This document shows, piece by piece, positions 26,145 through 38,275 of a stretch of DNA of 64,000 nt (its first letter is position 1; every line of letters begins with the position of its first letter). The stretch comes from Felis catus (Eukaryota): positions 190,900,001 to 190,964,000 of the forward strand of contig NC_058368.1 of the NCBI RefSeq assembly GCF_018350175.1, given 5' to 3'. Both the position numbers and the translations under genes were made by a program. The notes beneath the pieces were generated by a model. The model did no database searches. It worked only from the letters and a program-made list of their open reading frames with translations, and was not told the origin of the DNA.

Positions 26145-26345
26145 GATCCATTGCAGATGTCTATTTCCTTCAGAAATACCAACCACGTTCTGAAATCACT
26201 TACATCTGCTGTCCTGTTTACTATCCTCTTCTAGGATGTAAGCCCTATAAGGGCAGGGATACTTCAGTCTTATTCTCTATCATATCCCCAATACCTAGTA
26301 AGGGTGAGTGCTTAAACTGTATCTGTTAACTTAAATAATGAGTAA
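26145..26345 (+). mobile_element. L2 3' end
   Basis: ctaggatgtaagccctataagggcaggga...tatccccaatacctag. Confidence 0.7.
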
Positions 26346-27589
26346 AACTCAGAGCATTTGTAACAGAAGACAGAGGGCTTTTACCTAGACAGACAGCCAG
26401 AGGAAGAGGGCATATAAGGCAAGATTATAAATGATGCTTGCAAAGATGACCTGAAAACTTAGGAAAATGCTCATAGAATGGAAAGAGAAGGGTGCAGGTA
26501 ATGAAGCTGCATGTGTGCTGTGGGCTCAAATACACTCTTACACCTATGAATTTTATCCTGTGGTCCTTATGAATTGCCATTGAAAAATCAAATAATTTAA
26601 CAACCACACAATTTTCCCTTCAATTTTCCCTTCAATTTTCTCGTCATACAGTTAAGAAAACTGACTTCCAGAGATGTGGGGCTATCCAAAAATGTCTAGA
26701 GGTGAGGAAGGTTAGAGATGAGGTTTAAATCGGGGTAGTCCAATTCTATTTGAATGCCTTCTACTCTACTGGTCAGATTCCTAGGGTTGAGTATTGGCAC
26801 AGTCCTTACTCCTTGAGTCAGACACACTTACAGAACATGGACAACTCTTCTGAATCTATTTCATTAGCTTGAAAGATAAAGTAAAACAATACACAACTTC
26901 TCAGTCAATCACTACCATCCCTCTCTCCCCAAACAACCACAGTGCCACATCTTGAGTTAAATCTATTATTTCCTCTTACCAGGCACCGTTCGATTTTTTT
27001 TCTGTCATCCGCAAAAGTGCACCATGATTTGCACATTTAAGGGCTTTCTACTCTCAAATGGTAACCTGCTTCCTCCCTCCTTGGATAAGGAATACATTTC
27101 ACAGTTAGGGAGATGCTCTGATGGCAGTGCACAGAGTCACAAGTCATACATTCCATCCAAATCAGTCATTTCTAATGTGGGTGGTTGTGAGCAACTCGCC
27201 CATTTGCAGCACTCAGGGAGTGCATAAGATTAACCCCAAGGCCTGATGACAGCCTGAGAATACATTGCAGGGAGGTGAGGTCAGAGAACAGCTTCGGCTG
27301 GATTCCGGGCACGTTTCTAGGTGAACTTGCCCTGTACTTACACAGGTGACCAACAGGTTTCTTATTTTAAAATCCATGGGGAGAGGCACTGAGCTACATG
27401 GCAATGGCAAATTTTGATTGCAAATGCAAGAAGTTTATCTGTGCAATCATCTTTCAATTAGTCACAGTAAAAGAGAGGAACAGTTGCACAGATAATGCAG
27501 AACCACTCAATGTGGGAATGATCATTCATTCTAGTTTTGTATCATATGTAGTGATTAGTAAAGAATAAAGTGATACCTATTAATAATAT

Positions 27590-27835
27590 AGCTAACAATA
27601 ACATTTATCAAGCGTTCACTATGTACCACATGCTGTATTAAGCTATTTATAAAATGTCCTCATGAAGGAGAGTATTATCATCCTTCTTTTACAGAAAAAG
27701 AACACTAAAAGTTTCATTAACTTGTCCCGTGTCACAGAGCCGGCAAGTAAGTCCTGGATTCAAACTTAGAATCAAGTCCTGGATCCAAACTGCTGTTTGC
27801 CTCTAAAGCTGTACCTATGACAAGTATGCTACACT
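27590..27835 (-). mobile_element. MIR
   Basis: aacatttatcaagcgttcactatgtacca...tttacagaaaaagaacact...aacttgtcccgtgtcacagagc. Confidence 0.8.
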
Positions 27836-27925
27836 TGTTAGAGATTCAACTTCTCTGTGCTCAGAGTAGCTTTACTATGTTCAGATTAGATAGCTGATGA
27901 TGTGTCAACTTGAAATACGTTGCTA

Positions 27926-28090
27926 CACTGGGTGTTGCACGTAAGCGATTCACAGGAATCTGCCCCCAAAACCAGGAACACACTGTATACACTGTATGTT
28001 AGTCATCTTGACAATAAATTATATTAAAAATACATAAATTAAATAAGTAAATTCCTTATAAAGATAAAAAACAAAATAAAATAAAATATA
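27926..28090 (+). mobile_element. Carnivore/felid L1 3' terminus with A-rich tail
   Basis: cactgggtgttgcacgtaagcgattcac...ctgtatgttagtcatcttgacaataaattatattaaaaa. Confidence 0.9.
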
Positions 28091-28336
28091 GATTTATCTG
28101 ATGTCACAGGTGGATGATAAAGTGTTTATCACTATAATTTGTTTTAAAAGTTATATATAGAAGTATTTCAATTTTACATTGCAACAACCCTGATGTTCAA
28201 AAATGAACTTAAATATCTGGCATGCACATCATTAAAATTAATGTTTGTTTTCACAGTAAGTTGTTTATAATGTATTGTAATATAAAAAGATGTGTCATAT
28301 GACAACTTCTGTCAATCTGCTTGCATATGGAAAGTA

Positions 28337-28467
28337 CAGTTGGACCTTTTAACAATGTGGAGGCCAAGGGCACTGACCTGTCTGTGCAGTGGAAAATACA
28401 ATGTAACTTTTGACTCTCCCCAAACTCATAGCTTACTGTTGACTGGAAGCCTTCCTGATAAAATAGT

Positions 28468-28472
<5 letters not shown>
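28337..28472 (-). mobile_element. Tigger2-like terminal fragment
   Basis: TA|cagttggacc...gtaacttttgactctccc...atagcttactgttgactggaagcctt; only one end present. Confidence 0.8.
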
Positions 28473-28511
<39 letters not shown>

Positions 28512-28530
28512 AGAAAAAGAAAAAAAAAAA
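28471..28530 (+). repeat. (CA)n followed by A tail
   Basis: Read directly. Confidence 0.97.
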
Positions 28531-28654
28531 GTAAGTTGCTACAAGGTCACTCCCACCAAAATTAGTGTTGACTCATCTTATTACAGGGCCTGAAAGCATA
28601 CGATTCATGTTTCAATTTTTTAGGTTAACGATTTAATAGCTACAAGAAGCCCAT

Positions 28655-29740
28655 TAAAATGCCAGTGCATCTTAGATATAATACCCAAAGCACAAGCAAC
28701 AAAAGAAAATGATCAATAAATTGTACTTCACCAAAATTAAAAAAAAAAAGGTTCATCAAAGGACACCATGAAGAAAGTGAAGAGACAAACTTACAGAATA
28801 GGAGAAAATATTTAGAAATGATTTATCTGATGAGGATCTGTTATCCAGAATGTATAACCAATTCTTAAAACAATAAAAAGATATAAATAACTTGATTTTC
28901 TTTAAATGAGGAGGGATTGGAAAAGACACTTCTCCAAAGAAGACATATCAAATGGCCAATAAGCACATGGAATGCTGTTCAACATCATTAGACACTAGGG
29001 AAATGCAAATCAAAACCGCAATGAGGTATCACTGTATACCCAGTAAGATGGCAATAACAAACAAGATGAACAATGAGCATTGCTGAGGATGTGGGAAAAT
29101 GGGGACGCTTCTTATGTTGCTAGTAGAAATGCAAAATAGTACAGCTACTACGGAAAGAGTTTGGCAGTTGCTCAAAATGTTAAACCTAGAGTTCCCATGT
29201 GATCTATCAATTCTACTCTATACACAAGAGAACTGAAAACATGCCCACAGAGAAATTCTCAAATTATTCATAGCAGCATCATTCCTAATAGCCACAAAAT
29301 GTGGAAACAACCCGTATGTCCATCAACTGATAAATGGATAAGCAAAATGTGGCATTAGCCATAAGAAGGAATATCATCTAACCACAAAAAGGACTGAAAT
29401 ACTGATAATGCTACAACGTGTAAGAAACATGGGAGGTTAAAGAAACCAGACACAAAAGGCGACATACTATATAGACTGCGTTCAATGTGAAGCATTTGGA
29501 AGAAGTAAATCCACAAAGACAAATGCAGACTGGTGGTTGTCAGGGGCTGGAAGGAAGCGGGAATGAGGAATGACTGCTTAATGGATACAGGGTTTTGCTC
29601 TGAGAGGATAAGAATGTTTTGGAACTAGGCAGAAATGGCAGTTGTGTAACATTTTGAATATACTAAATGCCACTGAACTGTTCACGTAGAAATGGTTGGT
29701 TTTAGGTTATGTGAATGTCTTGACCTCAGTAAAAACAAAA
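28655..29740 (+). mobile_element. L1MB-type 3' end
   Basis: aaagcacaagcaacaaaagaaaa...gggaaatgcaaatcaaaaccgcaatgag...tactaaatgccactgaactgttcac. Confidence 0.93.
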
Positions 29741-29831
29741 GCAACCAATTTTCTAAAGGAGGGGTCTCCTATGAGTTCTGGACCTCAAAAGATTGAATGA
29801 AAGGCATGAAAAGCAAATCTACTCATTTCTT

Positions 29832-29832
<1 letters not shown>

Positions 29833-29892
<60 letters not shown>
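29833..29892 (+). repeat. (TATC)15 microsatellite
   Basis: Perfect repeat, read directly. Confidence 0.97.
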
Positions 29893-30454
29893 GTGATCTG
29901 ATACAACCAGGCAAGGTATTCATTAAGGGCACAAACCTAAAGGATTCTTGTTTAATTAAGTGGGGCATGCTGTACAGTGAGTTTTTAAGTTGAGCCAAAA
30001 TTCTGCTGTGCACTGCTTTTCCAAGAGCCCATGCCAAACAGCTTTAACATGGGGACCTGGAGACACTCAGACACATATTCTGACTGGGGGCTAGATTGTA
30101 TATAATTGCCAACAGAATGCAAATTGGTTTGTGGTAGTTTAATTTTCTTATTCCTTTCATGCATAAAGCAAAGGTACATACATAGTATACAAACAGATAT
30201 ACAGTATATCTGTGGTGTTAACACCAGATGGGGAGGGTGGTGATTATGAAAAAAGACCCAAATAGGCCTCTTTGGGGAACAATGAGAGAATAATTGACAA
30301 GCCCTTCCCTAGATAAAGAAAACCAGGAACAATTCATTTCCCTTGAGAAATGGGTAAGCTTCCCCATGGAGGCATCTGCAAGTAAATAGTACTTGTTCAC
30401 CACCCAGGTAAATATCAAGTACATCTTGAAGACGATGTCTTAACAGTAGTTAAG

Positions 30455-30635
30455 AGAAGTGATTCCCTGGCTGTTCCCCTTACTAGCTGCAGGGCACTGA
30501 GCAACTAATCACCTTTGTGAACCCAAGTTTCCTCCAATGGAAAAGGGGACTGGAAAGAGCTCCCACTTGAATGGGTTATTGTATTACCTAGGATTATATC
30601 TCAAGGGGACTTAGAATAGTGCCCGGCACAGTCTA
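30455..30635 (+). mobile_element. MIR
   Basis: cccttactagctg...caagtttcctccaatggaaaaggg...cttagaatagtgcccggcacag. Confidence 0.7.
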
Positions 30636-30718
30636 CCTTGCCTATAAAGGTGAGATGACCTTCCTTATCTCCCACTACCATAGGAAAGAAAGCCCAGTAG
30701 TGAGAGAGGGCCACGGAG

Positions 30719-30754
30719 ACAGATGACCTGGGCTGAACAGATGACCTGGGCTGA
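30719..30754 (+). repeat. Perfect 18-bp tandem duplication
   Basis: ACAGATGACCTGGGCTGA x2. Confidence 0.95.
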
Positions 30755-32102
30755 AGTATTCGCTCTGACTTTGGACGATTTACTAAACATGCCTGGTCTT
30801 CAAAGCCTTTCCAATGAAGGAAATAAAAGTAACTCTCAGCGTTGTTTGAAGACTGAATAAGGGGTCAGAACCTGGAAAGCTACAATGGCGTCTGCCACCT
30901 AAAAAGCATTCAATAAATGAAAGTTGTATGACCATTATTACTGCCATGATTACTCTGGCAGCTATTGTGATTAGTGGCCTATCTGATCTGGCCATCATAA
31001 TTAAATTAGGTACAACAGGTACAAAAGACTTTTAAAAATGTAGACCATTTACAGTGGGACCACTGGGTTGGGGTCCCCTGTGCGAAATGAGGAGAAAAGA
31101 GATGGTAGGAAATGATGAATTGCTCAACACCACCGGAGAGACGGTTGGTACTCCACAACTATATAAACAGGAGAGCCCAGCATGAGCTGGAAAAGCTCAA
31201 GAAAGCTTCCTGGGAGAGATGGGAGCTGAGGTGAACTTTCCTTTCCATCACGCACAAGTATAAACACCTCCCTTTAGCTCTGGTCTTCTTGCAGCTGCAC
31301 ATGAAAATCGTTGGAAAGAGATCTTTCCGTCTCTATACAGTCTCCCACAGGCTTTCCTCTCTTGCTGCAAATTGCCCACCTGAAAACCCACAGAAAACAG
31401 AGCCAAAGTCCACCTCACAGAATAATAGGTCCTTAAGCTACAGTGACTGCCAGAAAATGCAAGCTCTCAAAGCAGGAGCATATGGTGAAAACGGCCGAAA
31501 AGGCAGTGGTAATTTTTACAGCAGGTTATTACTACAAACCTCCTTAGAGAGGCCAATTCACAGCTTGTCCTGAACACTACATTAACTCATTTATGGTTTT
31601 CCAAAAATGCTCAATTTCCTACTGTCCCTAAATCCAACAAATAAGTTTTCCTCATTCAAAACCCTCATGGAGATCCTTAAACTCCCAATTGAGTCTGGTG
31701 CCATTTCCAGGTTGCAAATCCAGCCTTCAGGACGCATCCTCTAGATAGCACACTTAGGCGTAAGCCTTCAATCCCTCTCAACATAGGTTTCTTTAGGCTG
31801 CCAGGACTCTTGTAGCTTCTCTGTTTCAAACCTAGAAAATGTGCAGCTGGAAACACTTTGGGGCGCTCATTCCAACAACCCCTTGTAATGGGGCCAAGTA
31901 GTGATCCTAAAACTTGAACTTGGTTATCAGTTCCAAAAGTTAAAATATACATACATATATAAAAATATAAATATGCGTATATATACCTATTTTTAAATTC
32001 ATATTTATTTACTATACTTCCATATATTTGTTTTTACATATGCACACACACACATATATATATAGTTCCTTCCTTCTCCAAAAGAGTGACATTACCCATT
32101 CC

Positions 32103-32317
32103 TTTTTTTTTTTTTTTTTTCTGAGAGAGAGAGAGCGCACAAATGAGCAAGGAGCAGAGAGACAGAACTCCTGGAGGAGCAGAGAGAGAGAGAGAGAAGC
32201 AGGGCTCACTGAAAGCGAGGCTCGAACTCACGCTAAGTGGGGCTCGAGCTCATGAACCATGAGATAACGACCTGAGTCAAAGTCAGATGCTTAACAACTG
32301 GACCACCCAGGTGCCCC
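32103..32317 (-). mobile_element. Can-SINE variant with internally repeated ggctcgaactca motif
   Basis: gcagggctcactgaaagcgaggctcgaactcacgctaagtggggctcgagctcatg...ccacccaggtgcccc; T tract at 32103-32120. Confidence 0.9.
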
Positions 32318-33638
32318 AGCTATATGCTCTTTATCTTTCCCTGAATTGCCATCTCCTCTTAGTCCAGATTTAAAGATCTACCAGCCAAATTAGGATTTCC
32401 TTTTGTTGCTAGATAACTACAAATCATTTCCATCTGTTACCAAGTCTCTTGTTTTCTTGAAAATAATGTGAAATTTAGATGTGAATGCAACACTATCTGC
32501 ATTGTTTAATCACAGCAACGCAACAGCCTTTATATGCTATAAAATTCGCCAGACATACAAAGAAAATTTAATTTCTACCTTAGCAACCTTTGTGCCATCT
32601 GTCATTTCTTTAAAATAACCAAATAGCTCTGGGCATGATATTAGCATAGAAGACTGTCAAACGTGCCTTGCCAGAGATAATACTGCAGAGGAATTAAGAT
32701 GACTTTAGGATAGTATCTTTATTTTCATTTAAATTAGACTATAAAAAGATTTCTTTGGGAAGTTTATGAATGCTCCCCTTTGGGGCATGATGGGAAGATC
32801 ACAGAATCCAACTAAAATAATGAGTAGGTTGTATCCCAAAGTGCGATGCACATATCACTGATTATACTAAAGATGGCTTACATGGTACAAGGATGGCATT
32901 TAAAATAGTATTTTCAAGTGTGCATTAGAGGAAAAAACCTTGGACATCAAACCTGAGATTCCATATATATGTATTACTATTTAGGATGAATCCAATATTT
33001 TTCAAAATCTCATTCAAAGGAAAATGTTTAGAATTTGAATACAGCGAAAATTGTGACAAATGAATGGGAATAAACAAAAACTAGGGCACAGATGAAACGA
33101 TAATGGACTAAGCTCCAGGAGGCAGAGCTTCCTAACGTTGACAACCTGACATCACCAGCACCCTGACATTTTGATAAGAACCTCTCCATGAATTAGATTT
33201 GGCTGAGTTGCTTAACTATAAAGCAGAAATCTCTAGGAGGACTGGATGCTAGTTATCCACGCACTGTACAAAATTGGATTTGTTTCTAATTCTTTACAAA
33301 ACTGCAGAGAGTTTGGATCTTTGCTTGAGAGACAGGGCAGCAAGACTAGCTTTACGCCCCACTGGGTAGAACACGGCAGTGGGGGCACAGTGTAATAAGG
33401 AAGGCAATGGGCTTGTTTGAAAGCATGGGTTCTGATTCGGTCCCTGCCATGAACATGCTCGGTGACCTCAGGCAAATCTCGCTCTATCTGCTCATCTGAG
33501 CAACAATGGTTGATTGGAGGATCTGGAAGAACCTTTTAACTTAGGAAATTTATTACTTCTAAACTTCTGCAGCAACAGGCATAAGAAATGGAAGCCTATG
33601 CTAGCAAAACTGTAAGTCAAAGTCTTTAGGAACATTCT

Positions 33639-33809
33639 CTTTTTTTAAAGTTTATTTATTTTGAGTGAGAGAGAGAGAGAGAGGGAGAGAGAATCCCAAG
33701 CAGGTTCTGTACCCCCAGTGCAGATCCTCATGCAGGGCTCAAACTCAAGAACCACGGGATCATGACCTGAGCTGAGGTGGAACGCTTAACTGAGCCACCC
33801 AGGAGCCCC
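33639..33809 (-). mobile_element. Can-SINE, older
   Basis: SINE body; TSD taggaacattct (33627-33638) / tacggacattct (33810-33821). Confidence 0.93.
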
Positions 33810-33951
33810 TACGGACATTCTTATTACATGATTTTTTTTTCTCTTTTTCTTATGATCAGAATTCATTTACTCGTGCATTCATTCATCTGATAAGTGCATA
33901 CTGAGTACTTAGTGTACTTGTCTGTTTTTTCAGAGAGCCAAGAGCGTAAGA

Positions 33952-34125
33952 AAGTATTTTCAGAATTTACAGTGCATAAGAATCACCTAAGCAACTTGCT
34001 AAAATCCACTTTATAGTTCTTCCCCTCTGATTAAATCTGGGTAACAGCCAAGAAATTTGAATTGTTAACAGAAAATCCAGGTGATTTTGATGTGAGTGTG
34101 CCTGGACCACATTTGGAAAAACTGT
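33952..34125. mobile_element. MER5-family hAT MITE
   Basis: gtgcataagaatcacct...aacagaaaatccaggtgattttgatg...ggaccacatttggaaaaactg. Confidence 0.75.
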
Positions 34126-34337
34126 AGTCTGTTGAGAGAGGCAGGTAATCAAGAAGGATACTTGAAATCTGAAAGACAGCTGCCATGATAATGTAAGGTT
34201 ATGGTGCCGCGGCAGGCACAAAGACTCCCTAGTTGTCATGGGACCCAGGGTTGCCTACTTAGAGGAAAGAAGATTCAAACAAACACTTAGAGATGAATAG
34301 AATTTCACCAGCTCAAGGTGAGGATGAAAGGCATTTT

Positions 34338-34557
34338 TTTTTTAATTTTTTTTTCAACGTTTATTTATTTTTGGGACAGAGAGAGACAGAGCATGAATGG
34401 GGGAGGGGCAGAGAGAGAGGGAGACACAGAATCAGAAACAGGCTCCAGGCTCTGAGCCATCAGCCCAGAGCCTGACGCCGGGCTCGAACTCACGGACCGC
34501 GAGATCGTGACCTGGCTGAAGTCGGACGCTTAACCGACTGCGCCACCCAGGCGCCCC
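34338..34557 (-). mobile_element. Can-SINE, young felid type (SINEC_Fc-like)
   Basis: Full-length and CpG-rich; perfect 13-bp TSD TGAAAGGCATTTT at 34325-34337 and 34558-34570. Confidence 0.97.
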
Positions 34558-35519
34558 TGAAAGGCATTTTGGACAGAAAAGAGGCTGAGACAAACATTGG
34601 GAGCCCTGTGTCTCCTTTTCAACACAGACAGAAGTCTCCAAAAGCCTAAATTAACAGTGTTTCCCACTGCAAACTCCTCTTCAGAAGTATCTGTAGGATT
34701 AGTAAATGGGTAGAGGAATGGATAAAGTAACTTTAGTGGCTAACAACTCATGGATTTTAGCATACTTGGACTCTGGTGATGTATGCTGGGAACCGGATAC
34801 AGAATTGTAAAGGAATGTGTATATCTCTACATCACTTGCCAGAGATATTCTAGAGTACACACAGAAAATAATTTTAGTACTTGATGTAGCAGGAGCTTAT
34901 ATCTCAATAGCCCTTGTTACTTCCAGCACTGTTACACATACCATCCCATGCCAACATAAACAGTCTAATTGTATTTGTCCATCAGGCAGATTTTCCATTT
35001 TCCTCACAATTACATGTATGGCTAGATCACAGTCTTGTGCGATAATTGTCTCTCTGTAAAAATGTCACAGGATGTCTTTAGCCTAGTGACAAAAGGGGGT
35101 AATACCTTCTGCAATATTTAATTCACAAGTTACACTCCGTTGACTACATAGTCTTGTATCAAAGGCACAAATTAAAGTGTGCTAAGCTGTGTGATTTTGA
35201 ACAAGTGGTACGGCCTCTCTGGGCCTCATTTTTCTCAGGAAAATAGAATGGCATGGCTTAGATAACTCCTAAGAACTGTTTCTATTTCTACAGTCCTTGA
35301 ATCAAAGTAAAAGAACATTTCCACAGGAATTAATTAATCCTCAGGGGATAAAATGAGATAAGCATTTGCTTTTATTCTACATTGCTCTGCAGATGATCTC
35401 TCCTTTACAATAATCAGATCTGAAAAGAAAAGGCCACGTGACATGCCCAAGTGTAACCAGACTGTTTTCTAAGAGATACAGTAAATTGAGGAATGATTTT
35501 TGCGAAGCCCAGATGACTG

Positions 35520-35960
35520 GCTTGGCAGCTATAATTTTACCTTCTCAATGACTGAGCCAATTTTCTCCTCCAGCTCTCTTACACACCTTTAATGAATACA
35601 TGTTTCTTTGATTAAATTAACATTTTTGTCTAGCTAATTAGCCTGAAAAACCTATGCTGAACTGATCTGGTCGCAACTTCATTACTGCTCATCGGTGCAT
35701 GTTTGTGACCAATCACTGTCAGCTCAATCGCCTAATGATTAGGGGAACATTAAGTTTGGCTAATTTGGCTTTCTGTGGCCATCATCACGTTCCCAGTGAT
35801 GAGTCAATCCCCACCCTGAATTGACCCTGCTTGACAGTGACAGATGTTTTAATCACAGGGTTTCATTCATTAATGTCCATCAGCATTGCTAGCCAGGTTT
35901 GCAGCAAATACCTTGATTTGAAACCAAAACTAATTAAATACTATCTTCGTAATTACCTTA
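35520..35960. promoter_or_regulatory. Candidate conserved developmental enhancer
   Basis: Repeat-free block with GCTAATTAGC, CCTAATGATTAGG, three TGACAG/CTGTCA, CAGATG, TGAGTCA and TAATTA; conservation not tested. Confidence 0.5.
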
Positions 35961-36289
35961 TATAGTTACCCTTCCCTAAGTGGGCCAATATGATAAGAGC
36001 TGAAAAATAAAGCCCTAAATGCGACTGGAGAGGGAGGGAGTCCCTGCATGGCAAAATGCATTTCCTGTCTGCATGTTTAATAAATGGTATGAGTGTATGG
36101 GGAGCCGTCCCTCCCGCTAAACACAACGTTCAGAAACGCATTTCTCACTTTGGCCTGTTACAAACCAGCCACGCTGCAGAACACATTGCTTTCTTCTACC
36201 TATGATGTTTTAAAAAGATTATTTTGTGCATACAACACACTGAAGAGATGCCACTAAATCTTCATTACCAATGTAATCACCATTCTTGA

Positions 36290-36490
36290 GTATTGGCCAC
36301 TTGGAGAGCCACCACACTGCCTTTCCAAGTGGTTCTGATGGTGTTGGCTCTACCTGCAGCTGCAAGGTGGCATATGGCTGGGTCCCAGCCAATGAGGATC
36401 CAGCATTTCCTAGTAGAAATGATTTACGGCCAGGCGTGTTACCCAATGAGGTCAATCCCAGGCAATGATCCTTAATTCTGGGAATCTCAG
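36290..36490 (+). mobile_element. Degraded LTR16/LTR33-like fragment
   Basis: ggtggcatatggctgggtcccagccaatgagg...ggcgtgttacccaat. Confidence 0.4.
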
Positions 36491-37727
36491 TTTGAGCTAT
36501 GTAAGAAGCTGTCACTGTCTTTCCTGAGACATGTGACACTCAGAGACATCAAGGTCTATGAGCGCTATAGCCATCCTGCAAACATAACCAGAGGCACTTT
36601 CGAGAAAGGGGCTTACATGAAGGCAAATAGAGCCTAAAGCTGGCCAGGGAGGAATCAACTTGTGTTGACATCATTTTGGCTCTTTTATCCAAGCTCCCCA
36701 CGTTGACAGACATACTCCAAATTCTCAGTTTTACGCCCTTGATAAAAGACCTTTTGCCAAAAGACACATGCAACCAAAGAGGCAATACCTGACATAGGCC
36801 CTTTTTAACTATTCAACATACATTTACATCTGATACCTTACGTTGCCTCCAGAATGACACTGGGCAGTTGATAGGGCAGGAACTGTTAGCTTCATTTTGG
36901 AAACAAGAGGACTAATGCACAAAGAGACCAGAGCTCACTAACATCCAAGCCAGTGCTAAATTTGGTCCACCAACTTGGTCCATTATTTTCCTGCTTAGTT
37001 CATGGTGTCTTGTTTCCCTCACCTGAATCACTCTGACCACCACTGGTATAGTGCTTGGGGATGACAACAGAGCTCAGATTCTGGCATCTGCCTGATTCAA
37101 ATCGTGGCTCCGCCATTTACCAGTCAGGTGACACTTAGTGAGTTCAACATATATAAGCATTGGTGTCCGTATCTACAATGGGAATAAAACACATAGCATG
37201 CTCAGCACAGAGTGAATAGTTCTTTCTTGACCAGAGAAAACGGCAGAAAAAAGGTAACTTAAATGTTTTAAACTGATTGTCACATAGGAATTAGCCCAGC
37301 TTTGTATTCACTGCAACAAAAATTTTAGGCTTTGCTCTCTGTGGTTCAAAACAGCCATCACCTACCCAGTTTAAGAGAAACGCCCCTTGCTCAGGACTGT
37401 GGCGATAGCCACATCCTATACTTATGTCAATTTAATTACATAAGGTTTTTCTCAGGAGCTTCTTCCAAAAACCAGAAACCTCCTCAATACCCATCACCCA
37501 CCCTCTCCTCCCTCCCAGGTCAAGCTATTTTCGGGGGGGGGGGACCTGTCAAATCCTCTGTGTCTAATTACTGGAACAAACCTAAATTAATGACAGAGAG
37601 TATGCCAATCTGTGATCTAAAAAATAAATTGCTTTCCAGGAAGCTTGAGGTACATTTCGGCTCTTTCTGTTTTTAGCTCTGTGACCTGGAGCAGGTTACT
37701 TCTCTAAGCCTCAGTTGCCTTATTTTA

Positions 37728-38275
37728 TTTTTTAATGTTTATTAACATTAAACACCTGCATGTGCATACAGAGTAGGGGCAGGGAGAAAGGGGGACAGAG
37801 AGAATCCACAGAAGGCTCCATGTTCTGCAAGAAGCCTGACTTGGGGCTCGATCTCAGGATTTCAAGATCACGACCTGAGCCTACATCAAGAGTCAGTCAC
37901 TTATATGTGGAATTTAAGATATAAAACAAGTGAACCTAAAGGAAGCGAAGCAAAACTAATATAAAAACAGGGAGGGAGACAAACCATAAGAGACTCTTAA
38001 ATACAGAGAACAAACTGAGGGTTGCTGGAGGGGAATTGGGTGGGTGGGATGGACTAAATGGGAAAGGGGCATTAAGGAGGACACTCATTGGGATGAGCAC
38101 CGGGTGTTACATGTAAGTGATGAATCACTAAATTCTATTCCTGAAATCATTAATTCACTATATGTTAACTAACTTGGATGTAAATTTAAAAAATAATTGT
38201 AAAAGAAGAAAATGACTGAAAACTTACAAAAAAAAAAAGTCAGACGCTCAACCGACTGAACCACCCAGGCGCCCC
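37728..38275 (-). mobile_element. Can-SINE split by an L1 insertion (SINE parts 37728-37896 and 38244-38275)
   Basis: SINE breaks at ...catcaagagtcag and resumes acgctcaaccgactgaaccacccaggcgcccc; TSD tcagttgccttatttta (37711-37727) / tcagtcaccttatttta (38277-38293). Confidence 0.92.
37897..38234 (+). mobile_element. Carnivore L1 3' end nested in the SINE
   Basis: tcacttatatgtggaatttaag...ccataagagactcttaaatacagagaacaaactgagggttgctgg...tatgttaactaacttggatgtaaattt plus A tail. Confidence 0.93.
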
